Below, piece by piece: positions 19,173-25,861 of a stretch of 25,861 nt of DNA. Both the position numbers and the translations under genes were made by a program. The notes under the pieces are model-generated. The model worked only from the letters and a program-made list of their open reading frames with translations. It did not search any database and was not told the origin of the DNA. Location of the stretch: positions 1 through 25,861 of the forward strand of contig JBCBZJ010000034.1 in NCBI GenBank assembly GCA_039815375.1. Direction: 5' to 3'. This stretch comes from Verrucomicrobiota bacterium (GTDB lineage Bacteria > Verrucomicrobiota > Verrucomicrobiia > Opitutales > Coraliomargaritaceae). Positions within the stretch are counted from its first letter, which is position 1. Every line of letters starts with the position of its first letter.

Positions 19173-19544
19173 CTAAATACTAAAGCTCTCACCGCAGCTA
19201 CAGCTGGATTTTGCGTTCGGATTGCTGAACTTGAAACCACCGCCGACCATCTTGTCTGAATAGTCGAGCTGTGTGCCACGCAGATAAAGCGCGCTCTTGG
19301 TATCGACCAGCACTCGAGCACCGGAAGAAAGCACCAGAATATCACCACGCTTCGGCTCCCCAACGAATTTCATCTTGTAGCTTAGACCATTGCAGCCACC
19401 ACCGGTAATCTTAACACGTAGATAACTTCCCCGTTGCTCCCGTTCCACGAGGGCAGTCAGCTTGGCACCGGCAGGCGGCGTAACGAGGACGAGTTTCTCA
19501 TTCCCTTCACGGACACCTTCAGGCAAATCTAGCGTATTAACCAT
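19173..19544 (-). CDS. iscA: Iron-sulfur cluster assembly accessory protein (HesB/IscA family)
   Basis: GGGCNGLSY and FSNPNAKSSCSCGESF; ATG 19544 preferred over TTG 19586. Confidence 0.92.
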   Translation of the reverse strand: MVNTLDLPEGVREGNEKLVLVTPPAGAKLTALVEREQRGSYLRVKITGGGCNGLSYKMKFVGEPKRGDILVLSSGARVLVDTKSALYLRGTQLDYSDKMVGGGFKFSNPNAKSSCSCGESFSI

Positions 19545-19582
19545 AATAAGACTGCTACTGAAAACTCCGACACCCGCAACTA

Positions 19583-20509
19583 TCAAGCCGTTAATTCCCG
19601 AAGGAGCCGGATCGCTGATACGAAACTGCGTTGGTCTGCAAGCCCTTTACCGGCAATGTCAAATGCAGTCCCATGGTCCGGACTGGTCCGCAGAAATGGC
19701 AAGCCGAGCGTGATGTTAACTGCGGAATCAAACTCAAGAGTCTTGACCGCAGCGAGACCTTGATCGTGGTAAGCCGCGACAACGACATCGAAGTCGCCCT
19801 TAAGCTGCCGAGTGAAAACCGTATCTCCTGGCAAACATTTCGAGAGACTGCGAAACTCGACTCGTAGGCGATCTAGCGCCGGATCCAAAAGATCACGTTC
19901 TTCAGTTCCAAGAATCCCACCCTCTCCTGCGTGGGGATTCAGCCCACAGACACCGATACGCGGTTCAGAAATTCCAAGCTGCTGTCCAAGCTCATTCGCA
20001 CGACGCACTGCTTTCTCCAACGCAACTGCATTCAAAGCGTCTGGAACTTCACGAAGCGGAATATGCCAGGTCGCGAGCACCACACGTAACTTTTCACCCA
20101 CAAAAGCCATGGTCGGATCACCGCCCCATGCTTTTGCAAAAAACTCGGTCTGGCCGGGAAAGGCAAAACCAACCTGCTTGAGCCAATGCTTGCTGACCGG
20201 GCCTGTAACCACTCCTCTATAGCTACCATTTCTACAGCCTTGCGCTGCAGCTTCCATCGCTGCTAAAGCAACTGCAGCACCCTCGATCGAAGGTGCCCGG
20301 GGTTCGATAACAAACTCAGGATCAGAAACCGCTGCACAACTTACACCGAAACGATCAGCCAGGGTTTCCAACCATCTCCGGGGACCGATCACGACGTAAT
20401 CGCCAGCCCAAACCGAATCCGCTTTCAAGAGGGCTTCGATCAGCTCCGGTCCGACTCCCGCAGGATCACCACATGTAATCGCAATCGGCAACTTGTGATC
20501 CACCGACAT
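19583..20509 (-). CDS. pdxA: 4-hydroxythreonine-4-phosphate dehydrogenase
   Basis: ITCGDPAGVGPE, GLNPHAGE, YHDQGL, NITLGLPFLRTSPDHGTAFDIAGKG; ATG 20509 overlaps the upstream stop. Confidence 0.95.
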   Translation of the reverse strand: MSVDHKLPIAITCGDPAGVGPELIEALLKADSVWAGDYVVIGPRRWLETLADRFGVSCAAVSDPEFVIEPRAPSIEGAAVALAAMEAAAQGCRNGSYRGVVTGPVSKHWLKQVGFAFPGQTEFFAKAWGGDPTMAFVGEKLRVVLATWHIPLREVPDALNAVALEKAVRRANELGQQLGISEPRIGVCGLNPHAGEGGILGTEERDLLDPALDRLRVEFRSLSKCLPGDTVFTRQLKGDFDVVVAAYHDQGLAAVKTLEFDSAVNITLGLPFLRTSPDHGTAFDIAGKGLADQRSFVSAIRLLRELTA

Positions 20510-21126
20510 CAATTGAAAAGGTTCATCTGGGGCTCCTTAACCATGTCGTAGATCTTCAAAATACGCATGAGTTGAAGTAGATCGGACTTCTGATAACTGT
20601 GGTTAACTTCTACATTCCGCAGAAGGTTCTCAAGAATTGTGCTGAAGGTAATGATGCCATCCACGCCGCCCTCTTTTAGGAGTGTAATACTTTCACTGCG
20701 CTGAGGATCACTCGTCGGAATACCCGGCAGGACGAGGATCTTTTTGAAAGGCATCTGATCCGAAAGGAGATCCTCATCAAAGTTTGCCTCATCGAAACTG
20801 AAATACTGCTCTGCTTTATTCAGCACATCCTTTTTTAAAAAATCAAAAATCCGGGAGCTACTTTTCAACATTGTCGGCGTAAAACGTGAAGTGTGCCAGG
20901 CTTTAACGACCACAATTGCCCGGCGAATTTTAACCATGTCCGCAGAAAAGAGTTGAAAGCCGATTTCAGAGGACTCGGTCGGAGCGTTTGGATTATAGAC
21001 GATCATATCGATTTCCTCGTCTGCACGCTTCTTACGTGATTGCACCTGATACTTCCTCAACTGGCGCACAAAGAAACCGTTGAGCTCAAAATACTCACGC
21101 ACAATATTTTCATCAAAACCAGCCAT
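20509..21126 (-). CDS. Hypothetical protein, possible restriction-endonuclease-like fold
   Basis: ENIVREYFELNGFFV...EIDMIV...VVVKAW pattern; coupled to pdxA. Confidence 0.7.
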   Translation of the reverse strand: MAGFDENIVREYFELNGFFVRQLRKYQVQSRKKRADEEIDMIVYNPNAPTESSEIGFQLFSADMVKIRRAIVVVKAWHTSRFTPTMLKSSSRIFDFLKKDVLNKAEQYFSFDEANFDEDLLSDQMPFKKILVLPGIPTSDPQRSESITLLKEGGVDGIITFSTILENLLRNVEVNHSYQKSDLLQLMRILKIYDMVKEPQMNLFN

Positions 21127-21319
21127 ACACTATTAACTCACGCATACCGTTGAAAAGGTCAATGCCATCAAAGCATGACTTAAGTTGCCTAACTGAGATC
21201 GAAACGAGCTCATCCTTTCAATTTTCACCGTCTATTTTACGATTAGGAAAATCTCAAAAAAGGGCTGTTTCAGAGTATACGAATCTAAAGATCGCATCGA
21301 CTTACCATAAGCTGCGAAC

Positions 21320-22342
21320 TCAACCGAGTCGAAGAGCCGGTTGAATCGAAAAGCTGTCCCGCATCAAACTCTGCGGGTCGGCGTAAGCTGCGAAAGCAAT
21401 CATAGCAGCGTTGTCGCCTGTATGTTTGGGATGCGCAATCAAACAGGGCATACCATAGCGTTTGGCCAACTTCTCGATCGAGGCACGCAACGTCCTGTTG
21501 TTCGAAACACCGCCGGATAGACCGAGACTCCTGTATGCGCTTCCTTCGAGAAGATGCTTGGTTTTCCCAACCAGCTGATCGACGACGGCACCTTGATAAG
21601 ACGCACAGATATCCGGCATTACCTTTTCCAAAGCTGTATCGTCGATCTTCTCCAAACGGTAACGAAGGCTAGTCTTCAAACCCGAAAAACTGAAGCGGCG
21701 TTCATTCCGCGGCGCAATAGCCCTTGGAAAGTCAAAGGCCTGAGCATTACCCTCCGAAGCAAGCTTCTCCACCATCGGACCACCCGGATAAGGAAGACCT
21801 AGTAATCTCGCGCCTTTATCCAAAGCCTCACCTGCCGCATCATCAACTGTTTCGGCCAGCACTTTGATACGACGCTCGGTGTTGATTTCAAAGAGGATAG
21901 TATTCCCTCCGGAAACAATCAGCCCTAGATGCGGGAGTAGCTCATAAAGCTTTGCATCGTAGTTTTCCGGCTCCGACTCATGTAATGCGATAAAAGGCGA
22001 GAATGCATGTCCCCTTAGATGATTCACGCCCACAACCGGAATCTTCCAAGCCAAGCCAAGGCTTCGTGCGAAAGCCAAACCTAGCGCAAGGCAACCGGCC
22101 AGCCCCGGTCCGTTCGTCACCGCAATCTGTGTAATCTCCTCCGACCTCTGCACCACGTTCGAATGCTTGAGAAGCGGAAAGAAATTCTTCAAATGTTCAC
22201 GACTGGCGAGATCGGGCACCACTCCACCGTATTCCTTGTGCAAGTCGATTTGGCTGTGCACCCATTCACCCACCATTCCTTCGGCAGGATCGAAAAGTGC
22301 CAACGCGGACTCGTCACAAGAACTTTCGACAGATAAAATCAT
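21320..22342 (-). CDS. tsaD: tRNA N6-threonylcarbamoyltransferase TsaD
   Basis: MILSVESSCDES, GGVVPDLASREH, GPGL, VNHLRGH, VSGGNT, DDAAGEALDK, FSFSGLKT, DNAAMIA; start at ATG 22342. Confidence 0.96.
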   Translation of the reverse strand: MILSVESSCDESALALFDPAEGMVGEWVHSQIDLHKEYGGVVPDLASREHLKNFFPLLKHSNVVQRSEEITQIAVTNGPGLAGCLALGLAFARSLGLAWKIPVVGVNHLRGHAFSPFIALHESEPENYDAKLYELLPHLGLIVSGGNTILFEINTERRIKVLAETVDDAAGEALDKGARLLGLPYPGGPMVEKLASEGNAQAFDFPRAIAPRNERRFSFSGLKTSLRYRLEKIDDTALEKVMPDICASYQGAVVDQLVGKTKHLLEGSAYRSLGLSGGVSNNRTLRASIEKLAKRYGMPCLIAHPKHTGDNAAMIAFAAYADPQSLMRDSFSIQPALRLG

Positions 22343-22348
22343 ATGAAG

Positions 22349-22383
22349 AACATCGAACATTGAATATCCAACGTTCAACACCG
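22349..22383. repeat. Degenerate heptamer tandem repeat (5 units)
   Basis: AACATCG AACATTG AATATCC AACGTTC AACACCG. Confidence 0.75.
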
Positions 22384-22427
22384 AATTAGTGCGTGAGCAA
22401 TTTTGGAAACCAAGACAAATTACAGCT

Positions 22428-23420
22428 ATGCCCTTTCGTAATGAAAAAATGATGACGCTCTTGAGCGAAAAATGCGCTCGTAGCCCGATAAGCTACCGTG
22501 ACTACATCGATTGTGTGCTCTACGCTAAAGATTGCGGCTATTATCAGGCGGACAGGGCCCGAGTCGGCCGGAGTGAAGACCGCGATTTCTATACCGCTGA
22601 AAGTCTGGGCAAGGTCTTTGCAAAGCTGGTTACGACCGCCGCCGAGGACCTACTTGGAGCCGAAAGAGCAAGGACCAGCACCTTTATTGAAATTGCCGCA
22701 GAGCCTGAACGCACTCTGCTTGGCCACTTAAAGGACCACCCATTTGAAAAGAACGCCACATTGCGACTCGGCAATAGGATCGAAGCCGATGGACCGGTCA
22801 TTCTCTTCGCAAACGAGTGGCTCGACGCCCTACCCTTTCATCGACTGGTCTTCAAAGACGGAATCTGGCGTGAAAGAGGCGTCGCTTTCCGCAACAAAGA
22901 GCTCGAAGACGTTTTGCTCGATGAGCTGAGTGCGCCGGTTGCGGCCATCACCGGTCGCTTACCGAGCGACATCGAAGATAGTTATCAACTCGACCTTCCA
23001 CTTGAGGCCGAATCGGCTCTGGCTAATTTGCTGGCTCAGGACTGGACCGGCCTACTACTACTTTTTGACTACGGCAAAACCTGGAAGGCTCTGATCAACG
23101 ACTGCCCGAACGGAACAGCCCGCACCTATTACCGTCACGAACAAGGCAGTGATTTACTGGATCTACCCGGCCAAAAGGATATCACATGCGACCTTTGCTG
23201 GACATCTCTGGAGACCAAAATCAGGGAATCCGGCTTCTCTAATACCACCCTCGAAAGCCAGGAAGCCTTTTTGGTCAAGCGCGCTGCGCGGGGTGCCGAG
23301 GCCATTACAATCGACAGTGCCGGTAGCTTCAGTTCCGACCGGCAGACCCTAATGGAGCTTATTCACCCAGCCAATATGGGACAGCGATTCCAAGTGCTCT
23401 GGGGTCTCCGCGAGGGCTGA
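22428..23420 (+). CDS. SAM-dependent methyltransferase, MidA/NDUFAF7 family
   Basis: GYY...VG...DFYTA, FANEWLDALP, LFDYG, PGQKDIT, LIHPANMGQRFQVL; start uncertain (22389/22428/22449). Confidence 0.9.
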   Translation: MPFRNEKMMTLLSEKCARSPISYRDYIDCVLYAKDCGYYQADRARVGRSEDRDFYTAESLGKVFAKLVTTAAEDLLGAERARTSTFIEIAAEPERTLLGHLKDHPFEKNATLRLGNRIEADGPVILFANEWLDALPFHRLVFKDGIWRERGVAFRNKELEDVLLDELSAPVAAITGRLPSDIEDSYQLDLPLEAESALANLLAQDWTGLLLLFDYGKTWKALINDCPNGTARTYYRHEQGSDLLDLPGQKDITCDLCWTSLETKIRESGFSNTTLESQEAFLVKRAARGAEAITIDSAGSFSSDRQTLMELIHPANMGQRFQVLWGLREG

Positions 23421-23438
23421 TTTTTCTCCGAAAAATGC

Positions 23439-23466
23439 TTGTCAGGGAGTTTCAACACCCTACTTT
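23439..23466 (+). promoter_or_regulatory. Putative sigma-70 promoter of rpmB
   Basis: TTGTCA-N16-TACTTT, 34 nt before ATG 23501. Confidence 0.5.
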
Positions 23467-23500
23467 CCAGCGTTTTCCAATTTTCAACCAAGGTATTTCC

Positions 23501-23731
23501 ATGGCACGTATTTGCGCAATCACAGGTAAGCGTCCCGTCAAAGGCGGTCGCATCATCCGTAAGGGTCTCACAAAAAAGAGCGGTGGCATCGGCACCTCTC
23601 TCGTTAAAAACACGAAGCGCCGTTTCCGCCCAAATGTGCAACGCATTCGCGTCAAGCTTCCAAGCGGCGAAGTGAAGCGTATGTGGGTCTCCGCCAAGGC
23701 CATCAAGGCTGGTAAGGTGACTAAAGCCTAA
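23501..23731 (+). CDS. rpmB: 50S ribosomal protein L28
   Basis: MARICAITGKRP...TKRRFRPNVQ...VSAKAIK. Confidence 0.97.
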   Translation: MARICAITGKRPVKGGRIIRKGLTKKSGGIGTSLVKNTKRRFRPNVQRIRVKLPSGEVKRMWVSAKAIKAGKVTKA

Positions 23732-23748
23732 GCAGCATCAAATTTTTC

Positions 23749-23785
23749 AAAAAGCCCCGGTTTCATCAAGGACCGGGGCTTTTTT
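23749..23785 (+). terminator. Intrinsic terminator after rpmB (possibly bidirectional)
   Basis: AAAAA GCCCCGGT-TTCATCAAGG-ACCGGGGC TTTTTT. Confidence 0.9.
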
Positions 23786-23869
23786 GTGCCTGAATATGAC
23801 CGATCCATCCGGATGCCACACTTTTGACATCATACTGGTCAGAATTGAATTCAATGCTAAGGTTATGGC

Positions 23870-25264
23870 ATGTCGCCTGCAAGAATGCTTCTGCTTTTCA
23901 TGGCAATTAGCCTACCGTTCAGTCCACTCATCGGTATCGAAATCTCGAATCGAGCCGGTAAAACGATTGAAGTTGAAGTTCTACAAATCGAGCCCTCTCG
24001 AATCCAGATACGTATGACGAATGGGCAAACTACCTGGCTCGAGCGATCTATGCTGTCTGAAAAAAGTCAAAGCCTGATCAACGACAGTGAAACTTCCGAA
24101 AAGGATTCCTACATGGAATTGAATGCGCTTCTTGGCATAGATCTTTTTACAGATACCGAGCTCTGGGACGATACCGCTGAAACCGTCGCAAAACGGCTCG
24201 GATGGCCAAAGGAGTCTCTAACCAATACTCAATCAAGCTATCGAAAGTATCCGAAAGAAGACTATCGTATACTGGATAGCCGCCCCTACTCCGCAGTCTT
24301 GTATGGAAACGAAGGCGAGACATCGAGTATCAGCATCGTTTTTGCCAACAAAGGTGATTTCAAATTCAGCGAACCGCCGACAGAAGATGAAATCGAAAAT
24401 ATGGAGGATGCCATCGAAGTAGATGCAAAGAGAATTGAGCAGCTTCTAACCAGGCTACTTGGAGAAGCTGAGCGCCAGCAATACGGATCAGGCCGCGGTA
24501 TCAAACAGCTAAAAAAACGTTGGGACTGGAAAGACCACGCCTTCCTGCTTGCCTCCAGAAAAGCAGAATATGTCAGCCTTAATATTCTTAAGCGTGAGAC
24601 GGCAGATAACAAGGGCCGGGGAAACAAAATCTCTGATGCCAGGTTACGTGAGCAAAATCTTGCTCAAATCATACGTGAAGAGAATGGCGACATCCGCATC
24701 GGCAACATCCCCATGGTCAACCAGGGACCTAAGGGATACTGCGTCCCTGCAACTTTCGAACGCTATCTCCGCTACCTGAACATGCCTGCTGACATGTATA
24801 CTCTGGCGATGACTGGGCAAACCGACATTGGTGGAGGCACATCGCTAAGCCGTATAATCGATTCGATCGAAGGATATGTTGCATCACAAAACCGTTCGAT
24901 GAAACGGATTGAAACGGAAATCGATGTAAGAACCGTCCGAAAGTACATCGACAAAGGACTGCCCATTATCTGGAGCATGTTTTCAACAAAGGAATACAAT
25001 GAATTTGCCAACAAACGGACTGAGGAGCGCAAAAAGACGATCGATTGGGCTGCCTGGAAAGAAGCCACCAAACGTTCAATTCGTAACCTTAAGTTAGGAC
25101 AGAGCTACGAAAGCGCCCACGCCTGTATGATTGTAGGATACAACCGAGAGACCGATGAAATCGCCGTGAGTGACTCATGGGGGCCAAAATATGAACTCCG
25201 GTGGTTACCGGCTGCCCATGCAGAGCAGGTTTCACAAAGCGTGATCTACCTCATCGAATACTAA
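23870..25264 (+). CDS. Exported protein with SHD1-like N-domain and C39-like cysteine peptidase C-domain
   Basis: Signal peptide; NRAGKTIEV...MLSEKSQ; IPMVNQGPKGYCVPAT (Q, C), HACMIVGYN (H), SDSWG (D). Confidence 0.8.
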   Translation: MSPARMLLLFMAISLPFSPLIGIEISNRAGKTIEVEVLQIEPSRIQIRMTNGQTTWLERSMLSEKSQSLINDSETSEKDSYMELNALLGIDLFTDTELWDDTAETVAKRLGWPKESLTNTQSSYRKYPKEDYRILDSRPYSAVLYGNEGETSSISIVFANKGDFKFSEPPTEDEIENMEDAIEVDAKRIEQLLTRLLGEAERQQYGSGRGIKQLKKRWDWKDHAFLLASRKAEYVSLNILKRETADNKGRGNKISDARLREQNLAQIIREENGDIRIGNIPMVNQGPKGYCVPATFERYLRYLNMPADMYTLAMTGQTDIGGGTSLSRIIDSIEGYVASQNRSMKRIETEIDVRTVRKYIDKGLPIIWSMFSTKEYNEFANKRTEERKKTIDWAAWKEATKRSIRNLKLGQSYESAHACMIVGYNRETDEIAVSDSWGPKYELRWLPAAHAEQVSQSVIYLIEY

Positions 25265-25347
25265 CTCGTTTTCCTGCCCTACCCGACCTGCTGGCCCGGG
25301 CGAATCGGACAATCGAAAGCTATCTTCTCGATCAGGCAGTTTATAGA

Positions 25348-25559
25348 TCATAAAAAGAAGGCACCTTCTTGTGTGCTTGGAAAGTCCCAGATATCTTCCT
25401 TGTAATCGGCTAAGGCAATACGAAAGGAATCCAATTGGACGTGGATAACTGATATGCCTTCATCGGGAAATGCTCTCACAACTGGCCAGAAAGTTACTAC
25501 GGAGATCGAGCAAACCAGAAAGATCAAAATTATGCCTATGATTGTGGTTTTATTTCCTT

Positions 25560-25563
<4 letters not shown>
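25348..25563 (-). pseudogene. Degraded cassette ORF with GspG/pseudopilin-like segment
   Basis: Begins ATT directly after the attC GTT; IKGNKTTIIGIILIFLVCSISVVTFW...LDSFRIALADYKEDIWDFPSTQEG then an early stop; no ATG. Confidence 0.45.
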
Positions 25564-25860
<297 letters not shown>

Positions 25861-25861
25861 C

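Overview
The window has two halves. The right half (about 15.5-25.3 kb) is core chromosome that looks like Verrucomicrobiota/Opitutales; this is inferred from gene content, not from a search. It holds tRNA-Asn(GTT), a TIGR03790-like protein, an amidase, infC, an IscA/HesB protein, pdxA, a nuclease-fold hypothetical, tsaD, a MidA-type methyltransferase, rpmB and a C39-like peptidase, and it ends in an integron attC site between two cassette-like ORFs. The left half (1 to about 15.5 kb) is one end of an integrative conjugative-type element sitting at the 3' end of tRNA-Asn. It carries a tyrosine integrase whose frame runs into the antisense of the tRNA, an AlpA-like excisionase, and a virB2-3-4-(lipoprotein)-5-6-8-9-10-like T4SS cluster. 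The most notable part is the block between the T4SS and xis/int: a divergent ECF-like sigma factor, a divergently transcribed protein with an XRE-like C-terminus, a RadC/JAB domain with altered metal ligands, and a membrane-anchored caspase-like protease with PEGA and a duplicated unknown domain. An identical bipartite motif, CGGATAAA-N12-TGTGCAT, lies 24-26 nt before the first gene of each T4SS sub-cluster, with a degenerate copy before xis. It is a candidate promoter for the element's own sigma factor and suggests, as a hypothesis, a protease/anti-sigma/sigma switch for ICE transfer. The other att site, relaxase, coupling protein and VirB11 were not seen in the window. All family calls are by-eye motif recognition.
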